The translations under genes were made by a program, and so were the position numbers. From NCBI RefSeq assembly GCF_035084215.1, contig NC_090338.1, positions 5,642,001-5,706,000 on the forward strand: 64,000 nucleotides of DNA, in the 5' to 3' direction. This stretch comes from Heptranchias perlo. Its lineage: Eukaryota. A model generated the notes under the pieces. That model was not told the DNA's origin and made no database searches. It saw only the letters and a list, made by a program, of their open reading frames with translations. Shown here piece by piece: positions 13,141 through 24,905 of the stretch. How positions within the stretch are numbered: the stretch's first letter is position 1; each line of letters starts with the position of its first letter.

Positions 13141-13858
13141 CCCGCCTCCGTCTCCCCTCCCTCAGTCTCTCCTCCCTCAGTCTCTCCTCCCTCAGTCTCC
13201 CCTCCCTCAGTCTCTCCTCCCTCAGTCTCTCCTCCCTCAGTCTCTCCTCCCTCAGTCTCCCCTCCCTCAGTCTCCCCTCCCTCAGTCTCCCCTCCCTCAG
13301 TCTCCCCTCCCTCAGTCTCCCCTCCCTCTGTCTCCCCTCCCTCTGTCTCCCCTCCCTCTGTCTCCCCTCCCTCTGTCTCCCCTCCCTCTGTCTCCCCTCC
13401 CTCTGTCTCCCCTCCCTCTGTCTCCCCTCCCTCTGTCTCCCCTCCCTCTGTCTCCCCTCCCTCTGTCTCCCCTCCCTCTGTCTCCCCTCCCTCAGTCTCT
13501 TCTCCCTCTGTCTCCCGTCCCTCAGTCTCCCGTCCCTCAGTCTCCCGTCCCTCAGTCTCCCGTCCCTCAGTCTCCCGTCCCTCAGTCTCCTCTCCCTCAG
13601 TCTCCTCTCCCTCAGTCTCCTCTCCCTCAGTCTCCTCTCCCTCAGTCTCCTCTCCCTCAGTATCCTCTCCCTCAGTCTCTCCTCCCTCAGTCTCTCCTCC
13701 CTCAGTCTCTCCTCCCTCAGTCTCCCGTCCCTCAGTCTCCCGTCCCTCAGTCTCCCGTCCCTCAGTCTCCCCTCCCTCAGTCTCCCCTCCCTCAGTCTCC
13801 CCTCCCTCAGTCTCCCCTCCCTCAGTCTCCTCTCCCTCAGTCTCCCCTCCCTCAGTCT
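13141..13858. repeat. Minisatellite, 15-bp unit CCTCCCTCAGTCTCC with blocks of variants
   Basis: Directly visible; translates as (PPSVS)n. Confidence 0.97.
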
Positions 13859-14089
13859 TTACTTCCTCCTACAATCTACAGGCTTTTAAAGTCCTAGTTT
13901 GGTGTTAACGAACCAATACTCCATTGCTTTACCATCTCCTCCACTCCTTGCAACCTTGGTGGTGATCAGCACCGTGGGCCTTTTCACAAAATAGGGAGGG
14001 GCAGTTATCTTCCATCTGTTCTCGGTGTGGGGGGAGATATGTCCCACCTCTCGCCAGACTTGGTCGCATCGTTACCATCGTTATATTGG

Positions 14090-14970
14090 TTAGGAACTTC
14101 AGGAAGGTTGTCAGGGCCTTGGAGAGGGTGCAGAGGAGATTTACCAGAATGGGACCAAGGACGAGGGGACTTCAGTTACATAAAGAGATTTGGGGAAGCT
14201 GGGATAGTAACGGACTTCAGGAGGACAGAGACGGACTGGTGAAATGGGCAGACACACGGCAGATGAAATTTAACACAGAGAAGTGTGAAGTGATACAGTT
14301 TGGTAGGAAGAATGAGGAGAGGCAAAATAAACTAAATGGTACAATTTTAAAGGGGGTGCGGGAACAGAGAGACCTGGGGGTGTATGTACACAAATCTTTG
14401 AAGGTGGCAGGACAAGTTGAGGAGGCTGTTAAAAAAGCAGATAGGATCTTTGGAGTACAAAAACAAGGAAGTTATGCTAAACCTTTATGAAACACTGTCT
14501 AGACCTCAGCTGGAGAATTGTGTCCAATTCTGGGCACCTCACTTCAGGAAGGATGTCAGGGCCTTGGAGAGGGTGCAGAGGAGATTTACTAGAATGGGAC
14601 CAGGGATGAGGGACTTCAGTTATGTGGAGAGATTGGAGAAGCTGGGATTGTTCTCCTTAGAGCAGAGAAGGTTAAGGGGAGATTTAATAGAGGTGTTCAA
14701 AATCATGAAGTAAATAAGGAGAAATTGTTTCCAGTGGCAGGAGGGTCGGTAACCAGAGGACACAGATTTAAGGTGATCGGCAAGAGAACCAGAGGGGAGA
14801 TGAGGAAAAGCTTTTTTTAACGCAGCGAGTTGTTATGATCTGGAATGCGCTGCCTGAAAGGGCGGTGGGAGCAGATTCAATAATAACTTTCAAAAAGGGA
14901 ATTGGATAAATACTTGAAGGGGAAAAATTTTCAGGGCTATGGGGAAACAGCCGGCAAATGGGACTAATTT
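14090..14970 (+). mobile_element. CR1 LINE fragments with internal deletions
   Basis: ORFs 14086-14490 and 14417-14713 carry CR1 ORF2 C-terminal motifs. Confidence 0.88.
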
Positions 14971-15084
14971 AGGGGCCGTTTCTCAGAATCCACAGGAAAC
15001 GGCCCCCAAATTTCAGGGGTTGAGGGTTCAGGAGGCTAGAGGTGCAAGAAGGATCATGTTTGGCCTCAGCGCATCCTGCCGAGC

Positions 15085-17330
15085 CTCGCCCCCTCCCCAA
15101 ACCCTGTAACCCCCCTCCATAGACTCGCCCCCTCCCCTAACTCTGTAACCCCCCCTCCATAGACTCGCCCCCTCCCTATCTCTGTAACCCCCCCTCCATA
15201 GATTCGCCCCCTCCCCTAACTCTGTAACCCCCCTCCATAGACTCGCCCCCTCCCCTAACTCTGTAACCCCCTCCATAGACTCGCCCCCTCCCCTAACTCT
15301 GTAACCCCCCCTCCATAGACTCGCCCCCTCCCCTAACTCTGTAACCCCCTCCATAGACTCGCCCCCTCCCCTAACTCTGTAACCCCCCTCCATAGACTCG
15401 CCCCCTCCCTAACTCTGTAACCCCCCCTCCATAGATTCGCCCCCTCCCCTAACTCTGTAACCCCCCTCCATAGACTCGCCCCCTCCCCTAACTCTGTAAC
15501 CCCCCTCCATAGACTCGCCCCCTCCCTAACTCTGTAACCCCCCCTCCATAGATTCGCCCCCTCCCCTAACTCTGTAACCCCCCTCCATAGACTCGCCCCC
15601 TCCCCTAACTCTGTAACCCCCCTCCATAGACTCGCCCCCTCCCCTAACTCTGTAACCCCCCCTCCATAGACTCGCCCCCTCCCTATCTCTGTAACCCCCC
15701 CTCCATAGACTCGCCCCCTCCCCTAACTCTGTAACCCCCCTCCATAGACTCGCCCCCTCCCCTAACTCTGTAACCCCCCTCCATAGATTCGCCCCCTCCC
15801 CTAACTCTGTAACCCCCCCTCCATAGACTCGCCCCCTCCCTAACTCTGTAACCCCCCCTCCATAGACTCGCCCCCTCCCCTAACTCTGTAACCCCCCCTC
15901 CATAGATTCGCCCCCTCCCCTAACTCTGTAACCCCCCTCCATAGACTCGCCCCCTCCCCTAACTCTGTAACCCCCCTCCATAGACTCGCCCCCTCCCTAA
16001 CTCTGTAACCCCCTCCATAGACTCGCCCCCTCCCCTAACTCTGTAACCCCCTCCATAGACTCGCCCCCTCCCCTAACTCTGTAACCCCCCCTCCATAGAT
16101 TCGCCCCCTCCCCTAACTCTGTAACCCCCCCTCCATAGATTCGCCCCCTCCCCTATCTCTGTAACCCCCCCTCCATAGACTCGCCCCCTCCCCTAACTCT
16201 GTAACCCCCCCTCCATAGACTCGCCCCCTCCCTAACTCTGTAACCCCCCTCCATAGACTCGCCCCCTCCCCTAACTCTGTAACCCCCCCTCCATAGATTC
16301 GCCCCCTCCCCTAACTCTGTAACCCCCCTCCATAGACTCGCCCCCTCCCCTAACTCTGTAACCCCCCTCCATAGACTCGCCCCCTCCCCTAACTCTGTAA
16401 CCCCCCCTCCATAGACTCGCCCCCTCCCCTAACTCTGTAACCCCCTCCATAGACTCGCCCCCTCCCCTAACTCTGTAACCCCCCTCCATAGACTCGCCCC
16501 CTCCCCTAACTCTGTAACCCCCCTCCATAGACTCGCCCCCTCCCCTAACTCTGTAACCCCCCCTCCATAGACTCGCCCCCTCCCTAACTCTGTAACCCCC
16601 CTCCATAGACTCGCCCCCTCCCCTAACTCTGTAACCCCCCTCCATAGACTCGCCCCCTCCCCTAACTCTGTAACCCCCCTCCATAGACTCGCCCCCTCCC
16701 TAACTCTGTAACCCCCCTCCATAGACTCGCCCCCTCCCTAACTCTGTAACCCCCCCTCCATAGACTCGCCCCCTCCCTATCTCTGTAACCCCCCCTCCAT
16801 AGACTCGCCCCCTCCCCTAACTCTGTAACCCCCCTCCATAGACTCGCCCCCTCCCTATCTCTGTAACCCCCCCTCCATAGACTCGCCCCCTCCCCTAACT
16901 CTGTAACCCCCCTCCATAGACTCGGCCCCTCCCCTAACTCTGTAACCCCCCTCCATAGACTCGGCCCCTCCCCTAACTCTGTAACCCCCTCCATAGACTC
17001 GCCCCCTCCCCTAACTCTGTAACCCCCCTCCATAGACTCGCCCCCTCCCCAAACCCTGTAACCCCCCTCCATAGACTCGCCCCCTCCCCTATCTCTGTAA
17101 CCCCCCTCCATAGACTCGCCCCCTCCCCAAACCCTGTAACCCCCCTCCATAGACTCGCCCCCTCCCCAAACCCTGTAACCCCCCTCCATAGACTCGCCCC
17201 CTCCCCAAACCCTGTAACCCCCCTCCATAGACTCGCCCCCTCCCTATCTCTGAAACCCCCTCCATGGCCTCACCCCCCCCCTCCCTATCTCTGAAACCCC
17301 CTCCATGGCCCTCGCCCCTCCCTATCTCTG
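15085..17330. repeat. L2-derived minisatellite, ~38-41-bp unit CTCCATAGACTCGCCCCCTCCCCTAACTCTGTAACCCCC
   Basis: Tandem array that grades into L2 sequence at ~17300. Confidence 0.95.
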
Positions 17331-17580
17331 TAAACTCCTCCAGCCCTACAACCCTCCGAGATCTCTGCGATCCTCCAATTCCGGCCTCTTGCTCATCCCC
17401 GATTTTCATCACCCCACCATTGGCGGCCGTGCCTTCAGCTGCGTGGGCCCTAAGCTCTGGAATTCCCTCCCTAAACCTCTCCGCCTCTCTCTCTCCTCCT
17501 TTAAGACGTTCCTTAAACCCTACCTCTTTGACCAAGCTTTTGGTCACCTGTCCTAATATCTCCTTATGGTGGGTTGGAGT
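17300..17580 (+). mobile_element. L2 LINE 3' end
   Basis: PYLCKLLQPYNPPRSLRSS...WNSLPKPLRL. Confidence 0.9.
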
Positions 17581-17769
17581 CAAACTGCTGTTGTTGGATC
17601 AGTCCAGACACTGGAATGGATAGAATGATTTACATAGAATTACATACAATTTACAGCACGGAAACTGGCCATTCGGCCCAACTGGTCTATGCAGGTGTTA
17701 ATGCTCCACACAAGCCTCCTCCCACTCTATCTAACCCTATCAGCATAACCTTCTATTCCTTTCTCCAGA

Positions 17770-18230
17770 TACCAGGGCTTAGAGGGTTAAATGATGAGGA
17801 CAAGTTGCATAATTTTGCCTTGTGTTCCCCTGAGTTTAGCAGGTTGGGGGGTGATCAATCGCGGAGTTTAAAATGTCAAAAGCATTTGATAGGGTAGATA
17901 CGGTGAAACTATTTCATCTGTTGGGGGGAGTCCAGAACAAGGGGGGCATAACCTTAAAATCAGAGCTCGGCCGTTCAGGAGTGAAATCAGGAAGCACTTC
18001 TTCACACAAAAGGGAGTGGAAATCTGGAACTCTCTCCCCCAAAAGGCTGTGGATGCTGGGGGTCAATTGGAGCTTTCAAGGCTGAGATCGATAGATTTTT
18101 GTTGGGTGAGGGTATCGAGGGATACGGAGCAAAGGCGGGGAAATGGAGTTGAGGTACAGATCGACCATGATCTAATTGAATGGCGGAGCAGGCTCGAGGG
18201 GCTGAATGGCCTCCTCCTGTTCCTAATGTT
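17770..18230 (+). mobile_element. CR1 LINE 3' fragment
   Basis: Homologous to 54470-55110 and 61045-61515. Confidence 0.85.
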
Positions 18231-18699
18231 CCATATCATGGGAGATGCAGGCATCATTGCCTCAGTTCAACATTGTACAGAAATACCACTCCACAGTGAG
18301 AAAAAAGGATGTGAAATTACAAGTAAAATGCATTTCCAGAAAATAAAGAGAAATGTTGGCAAGAAAATGTTCTTTTATTTTAACCAGAGAGGAAACATCT
18401 GTTTTTGGAGACAGATTTCACGTGTAGAGTTCTATGAAGGGTTACATGCTAACCAGAAAAGTCCTGTACGGTCGAAATAAAAACACATCGAGCTTGCACA
18501 GCGAGTCTGTTTACCTCAGTCTTGGCCAGGTTTCCATGAGTGTAAGGTTCAGGCCGTCTAGTTTCAGATATCAAATGTCTTGGTTCCCCTGCTTAGCTCT
18601 ACCAGTTATGGAGTGGAGTCGTTAGCTCTTAAGGTTTGCTGTTCGTTTTTATCAGCAAACGTCAGAGACCTCCAACCATGATCTCACACTGCCTCGCGT

Positions 18700-19120
18700 C
18701 GTTCCCCTCATTGGGCAGCACCCTCGCCTCCGAGTCAGAAGGTCGTGGGTTCGAGTCCCCACTCCAGAGATTTGAGCACGTAATCCAGGCTGACAGTACT
18801 GAGGGAGCGCCGCGCTGTCGGAGGTGCCGTCTGTCGGATGAGACGTTAAACAGAAGCCCCGTCTGTCCTTTCAGGTGGACGTAAAAGATCCCATGGCACA
18901 ATTCAAAGAAGAGCATGGAAGTTCTCCCTGGTGTCCTGAGCCAATATTAATCCCTCAACTAACATCACTAAAAACAGGTCATCTGGTCATTTATCTCATT
19001 GCTGTTTGTGGGATCTTGCTGTGCACAAATTAGCTGCTGCGTTTCTTACATTACATCAGTACATTGGCTGCAAAGCAGTTTGGGAAGTTGTGAAGAGTGT
19101 TATATAAATTCAAGCCTTTC
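18700..19120 (+). mobile_element. tRNA-derived Deu-domain SINE
   Basis: B box GGTTCGAGTCC and the same core and tail as 5755-6190. Confidence 0.82.
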
Positions 19121-19281
19121 TATCCTATCCCACCCTATCCTTATCCCGACCTTGGTCCAGTTTTGGATTGTGTGAAAACGGGCAAACTTTAGGCAGGATG
19201 TCCATGGAAGGGCCTGACTTTTGGGGACATGTCTCCTCCCCCATGTCTTATATCACAATCCAACAGGTCACTGTTCAGAGA

Positions 19282-19352
19282 GGTACGGTAGCATAGTGGT
19301 CATGTCACTGGACCAGTAATCCAGAGTCATGAATTCAAATCCCACCACGGCA
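19282..19352 (+). promoter_or_regulatory. tRNA-derived type-2 Pol III internal promoter (A and B boxes), tRNA-Gln-like scaffold
   Basis: A box TAGCATAGTGG at 19289-19299; D stem GCAT/ATGT; perfect anticodon stem CTGGA/TCCAG (19308-19324) with a 7-nt loop; B-box-like AATTCAAATCC at ~19332-19342 with one mismatch. Acceptor and T stems do not pair, so it is not a functional tRNA. Confidence 0.8.
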
Positions 19353-19619
19353 GCTGGCGAATTTAAATTCAATTAATTAATTAAAATTCAATTAATTAAA
19401 TAAAAATCTGGAATTAAAATACTAGTATCAGTAATGATAGCCATGAAACTACCGGATTGTCGTAAAAACCCATCTGGTTCACGAATGCCCTTCAGGGAAG
19501 GAAACCTGCCGTCCTTACCCGGTCTGGCCGATATGTGACTCCAGACCCACAGCAATGTGGTTGATTCTTAATTGCCCTCTGAAATGGCCTAGCAAGACAC
19601 TCAGTTGTAAAATCTTGCT

Positions 19620-22600
19620 ATGAAAAGTCATAATAAGAATAAAACCGGACAGACCACTAGGCACCGGACACGACAACGGCAAAACACCAAGCCCAGTCGA
19701 CCCTGCAAGGCCCTCCTTACTAACATCTGGGGACTTGTGCCAAAATTGGGAGAGCTGTCCCACAAACGAGTCAAGCAACCGCCTGACAGAGCCGTACTCA
19801 CAGAATCATACCTTTCAGCCAACATCGCAGACTCTTCCATCACCATCCCTGGGTATGTCCTGTCCCACCGGCAGGACAGACCCACCAGAGGTGGCGGTAC
19901 AGTGATATACAGTCAGGAGGGAGTGGCCCTGGGAGTCCTCAATATTGACTCTGGACCCCATGAAATCTCATGGCATCAGGTCAAACATGGGCAAGGAAAC
20001 CTCCTGCTGATTACCACCTACCACGCTCCCTCAGCTGATGAATCAGTCCTCCTCCATGTTGAGCACCACTTGGAGGAAGCACTGAGGGTAGCAAGGGCAC
20101 AGAATGTACTCTGGGTGGGGGACTTCAATGTCCATCACCCAGAGTGGCTCGGTAGCACCACTGCTGGCCGAGTCCTGAAGGACATAGCTGCCAGACTGGG
20201 CCTGCGGCAGGTGGTGAGCGAACCAACACGAGGGAAAAACCTACTTGACTGCATCCTCACCAATCTACCTGTCGCAGATGCATCTGTCCATCACAGTATT
20301 GGTAGGAGTGACCATCACACAGTCCTCGTGGAGACGAAGTCCCGTCTTCGCACTGAGGACACCATCCAACGTGTTGTGTGGCACTACCACCGTGCTAAAT
20401 GGGATAGATTCAGAACAGATCTAGCAGCTCAAAACTGGGCATCCATGAGGCGCTGTGGGCCATCAGCAGCAGCAGAATTGTATTCCAGCACAATCTGTAA
20501 CCTCATGGCCCGGCATATTCCTCACTCTACCATTACCAACAAGCCAGGGGATCAACCCTGGTTCAATGAGGAATGTAGAAGAGCATGCCAGGAGCAGCAC
20601 CAGGCGTACCTAAAAATGAGGTGCCAACCTGGTGAAGCTACAACTCAGGACTACATGCATGCTAAACAGCGGAAGCAACATGCTATAGACAGAGCTAAGC
20701 GATTCCACAACCAACGGATCAGATCAAAGCTCTGCAGTCCTGCCACATCCAGTCGTGAATGGTGGTGGACAATTAAACAACTAACGGGAGGAGGAGGCTC
20801 TGCAAACATCCCCATTCTCAATGATGGCGGAGTCCAGCACGTGAGTGCAAAAGACAAGGCTGAAGCGTTTGCAACCATCTTCAGCCAGAAGTGTCGAGTG
20901 AATGATCCATCTCGGCCTCCTCCCGATATCCCCACCATCACGGAAGCCAGTCTTCAGCCAATTCGATTCACTCCACATGATATCAAGAAATGGCTGAGTG
21001 CACTGGACACAGCAAAGGCTATGGGCCCCGACAACATCCCAGCTGTAGTGCTGAAGACTTGTGCTCCAGAACTAGCCGTGCCTCTAGCCAAGCTGTTCCA
21101 GTAAAGCTACAACACTGGCATCTACCCGACAACGTGGAAAATTGCCCAGGTATGTCCTGTCCACAAAAAGCAGGACAAAGGGCAAAAGAGTAACTAGGGA
21201 GAGAGTAGGGCCTCTTAAGGATCAACAAGGTCATCTATGTGCGGAACCACAAGAGATGGGTGAGATCCTAAATGAATATTTCGCATCGGTATTTACGGTT
21301 GAGAAAGGCATGGATGTTAGGGAACTTGGGGAAATAAATAGTGATGTCTTGAGGAGTGTACATATTACAGAGAGGGAGGTGCTGGAAGTCTTAACGCGCA
21401 TCAAGGTAGATAAATCTCCGGGACCTGATGAAATGTATCCCAGGACGTTATGGGAGGTTAGGGAGGAAATTGCGGGTCCCATAGCAGAGATATTTGAATC
21501 ATCGACAGCTACAGGTGAGGTGCCTGAAGATTGGAGGGTAGCAAATGTTGTGCCTTTGTATAAGAAGGGCGGCAGGGAAAAGCCTGGGAACTACAGACCG
21601 GTGAGCCTGACATCTGTAGTGGGTAAGTTGTTAGAGGGTATTCTGAGAGACAGGATCGATAGGCATTTGGAGAGGCAGGGACTGATTAGGAACAGTCAGC
21701 GTGGTTTTGTGAGAGGAAAATCATGTCTCACAAATTTGATTGAGTTTTTTGAAGGGGTAACCAAGAAGATAGATGAGGGCTGTGCAGTAGACGTGGTCTA
21801 CATGGACTTTAGCAAAGCCTTTGACAAGGTACCGCATGGTAGGTTGTTACATAAGGTTAGATCTCACGGGATCCAAGGTGAGGTAGCCAATTGGATACAA
21901 AATTGGATTGACGGCAGAGAGTGGTTGTAGAGGGTTGTTTTTCAAACTGGAGGCCTGTGACCAGCGGTGTGCCTCAGGGATCGGTGCTGGGTCCGCTGTT
22001 ATTTGTTATTTATATTAATGATTTGGATGAGAATTTAGGAGGCATGGTTAGTAAGTTTGCAGATGACACCAAGATTGGTGGCATCGTGGACAGTGAAGAA
22101 GGTTATCTAGGATTGCAACGGGATCTTGATAAATTGGGCCAGTGGGCCGATGAATGGCAGATGGAGTTTAATTTAGATAAATGTGAGGTGATGCATTTTG
22201 GGAGATCGAATCGGGCCAGGACCTACTCCGTTAATGGTAGGGCGTTGGGGAGAGTTATAGAACAAAGAGATCTAGGAGTACAGGTTCATAGCTCCTTGAA
22301 AGTGGAGTCACAGGTGGATAGGGTGGTGAAGAAGGCATTCAGCATGCTTGGTTTCATTGGTCAGAACATTGAATACAGGAATTGGGATGTCTTGTTGAAG
22401 TTGTACAAGACATTAGTTAGGCCACACTTGGAATACTGTGTACAGTTCTGGTCACCCTATTATAGAAAGGATATTATTAAACTAGAAAGAGTGCAGAAAA
22501 GATTTACTAGGATGCTACCGGGACTTGATGGTTTGACTTATAGGGAGAGGTTGGATAGACTGAGACTTTTTTCCCTGGAGAGTAGGAGGTTTAGGGGTGA

Positions 22601-24291
22601 TCTTATAGAAGTCTATAAAATAATGAGGGGCATAGATAAGGTCGATAGTCAAAATCTTTTCCCAAAGGTAGGGGAGTCTATAACAAGGGGGCATAGATTT
22701 AAGGTGAGAGGGGAGAGATACAAAAGGGTCCAGAGGGGCAATTTTTTCACTCAAAGGGTGGTGAGTGTCTGGAACGAGCTGCCAGAGGCAGTAGTAGAGG
22801 CGGGTACAATTTTGTCTTTTAAAAAGCATTTGGACAGTTACATGGGTAAGATGGGTATAGAGGGATATGGGCCAAGTGCAGGCAATTGGGACTAGCTTAG
22901 TGGTATAAACTGGGCGACATGGACATGTTGGGCCGAAGGGCCTGTTTCCATGTTGTAAACTTCTATGATTCTAAATCCAATCCGGCCAATTACCGCCCCA
23001 TCAGTCTACTCTCAATCATCAGCAAAGTGATGGAAGGTGTCGTCGACAGTGCTATCAAGCGGCACTTACTCACTAATAACCTGCTCACCGATGCTCAGTT
23101 TGGGTTCCGCCAGGACCACTCGGCTCCAGACCTCATTACAGCCTTGGTCCAAACATGGACAAAAGAGCTGAATTCCAGAGGTGAGGTGAGAGTGACTGCC
23201 CTTGACATCAAGGCAGCATTTGACCGAGTGTGGCACCAAGGAGCCCAAGTAAAATTGAAGTCAATGGGAATCAGGGGGAAAACTCTCCAGTGGCTGGAGT
23301 CATACCTAGCACAAAGGAAGATGGTAGTGGTTGTTGGAGGCCAATCATCTCAGCTGCAGGAGTTCCCTAGGGCAGTGTCGTAGGCCCAACCATCTTCAGC
23401 TGCTTCATCAATGACCTTCCCTCCATCATAAGGTCAGAAATGGGGATGTTCGCTGATGACTGCACAGTGTTCAGTTCCATTCGCAACCCCTCAAATAATG
23501 AAGCAGTCCAAGCCCGCATGCAGCAAGACCTGGACAACATCCAGGCTTGGGCTGATAAGTGGCAAGTAACATTCGCGCCAGATAAGTGCCAGGCAATGAC
23601 CATCTCCAACAAGAGAGAGTCAAACCACCTCCCCTTGACATTCAACGGCATTACCATCGCCGAATCCCCCACCATCAACATCCTGGGGGTCACCATTGAC
23701 CAGAAACTTAACTGGACCAGCCATATAAATACTGTGGCTACGAGAGCAGGTCAGAGGCTGGGTATTCTGTGGCGAGTGACTCACCTCCTGACTCCCCAAA
23801 GCCTTTCCACCATCTACAAGGCACGAGTCAGGAGTGTGATGGAATACTCTCCACTTGCTTGGATGAGTGCAGCTCCAACAACACTCAGGAAGCTCGACAC
23901 CATCCAAGATAAAGCAGCCCGCTTGATTGGCACCCCATCCACCACCCTAAACATTCAATCCCTTCACCACCTGCGCACTGTGGCTGCAGTGTGTACCATC
24001 CACAGGATGCATTGCAGCAACTCGCCAAGGCTTCTTCGACAGCACCTCCCAAACCCGCGACCTCTACCACCTGGAAGGACAAGAGCAGCAGGCACATGGG
24101 AACAACACCACCTGCACGTTCCCCTTCAAGTCACACACCATCCCGACTTGGAAATATATCGCCGTTCCTTCATTGTCGCTGGGTCAAAATCCTGGAACTC
24201 CCTTCCTAACAGCACTGTGGGAGAACCGTCACCACACGGACTGCAGCGGTTCAAGAAGGCGGCTCACCACCACCTTCTCAAGGGCAATTAG
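19620..24291 (+). pseudogene. APE endonuclease-reverse transcriptase ORF (~960 aa when reconstructed)
   Basis: APE motifs TNIWGL, LTESYL, RGGG, GDFNVHH, PTRGKNLLD and SDHH; RT motifs NYRPISLLS, LDIKAAFDRVWH and FADD. Lesions: TAA at 21102 (TAC or CAC in sister copies), CR1 insert, and a 13-bp deletion near 23353. Confidence 0.93.
21180..22972 (+). mobile_element. Young 5'-truncated CR1 LINE nested in the single-ORF LINE
   Basis: [25 protein letters not shown] and FADDTK motifs; tail TTCTATGATTCT; host CAGGACAAA/TCCAATCC is split with an AAA duplication. Confidence 0.95.
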
Positions 24292-24604
24292 GGATGGGCA
24301 ATAAATGCTGGCCTCGCCAGTGACGCCCACGTCCCGTGAATGAATCAAAAAAAAGGATGTCCCCACATATCAGCAGCTCTCATCCACATGCTGTACCCAG
24401 TTTGCTTCACACTCTGTCTGCTTTTATATTAACTCCATTTGAGTCCTGTTTTGTAAAAAGTCCCTTTACAAATTATTTCATCACTACAGTTTTCTAACTC
24501 CCAGCCTGCCCAGAATCTATTCCTTTCCAGTCGAAGCCTATTCACTATCTCACAACAACATTACAGTACTTTTGTTTTCTCATTGCCCCCCAAAAACAGA
24601 TTGA

Positions 24605-24905
24605 CCGTGTCATGCAGCAAGTCCTGGACAACATCCAGGCTTGGTCTGATAAGTGGCAAGTAACATTCGCACCACTCAAGTGTCAGACAATGACCATCTC
24701 CAACAAGAGAAAGTCTAACCACCTCCCCTTGATATTCAATGATATTACTATCATCGAGTCCCCAACCATCAACATCCTGGGGGGTCACGATTGACCAGAA
24801 ACTCAAGTGGACCAGTCAGATAAATGCCTTGGCTACTCGAGCAGGTCAGATGCTGGATATTCTGCAGCGAGTGGCTCATCTCCTGCCTCCCAAAGCCTCT
24901 CCGCC
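24605..24905 (+). mobile_element. Older fragment of the single-ORF LINE family
   Basis: MQQVLDNIQAWSDKWQVTFAP, a diverged homologue of 23518-23810. Confidence 0.85.

Larger units (their letters stand above)
19282..24354 (+). mobile_element. Near full-length single-ORF non-LTR retrotransposon (CR1/L2 group) with tRNA-like 5' head, interrupted by a CR1 at 21180-22972
   Basis: tRNA-like head, ~270-nt leader, APE+RT ORF, 3' hairpin and A tail; several 5'-truncated sister copies in the window. No TSD found. Confidence 0.92.

Noticed and set aside
12790-13908. 372-aa and 295-aa Pro/Ser/Leu-rich ORFs (mucin- or extensin-like)
   Set aside because: Open only because of the 15-bp repeat. The upstream pyrimidine-rich flank may be a decayed Penelope-like ORF but is too degenerate to call.
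15028-17583. Gly-rich minus-strand ORFs
   Set aside because: Translations of the L2-derived minisatellite with frequent frame changes.
19282-19352. Functional tRNA gene
   Set aside because: Acceptor and T stems do not pair and there is no T-run terminator; it is an element head.
21142-21930. Chimeric LINE-CR1 fusion ORF (similar cases at 27054, 28723, 29210, 37325)
   Set aside because: Chance read-through across insertion junctions.
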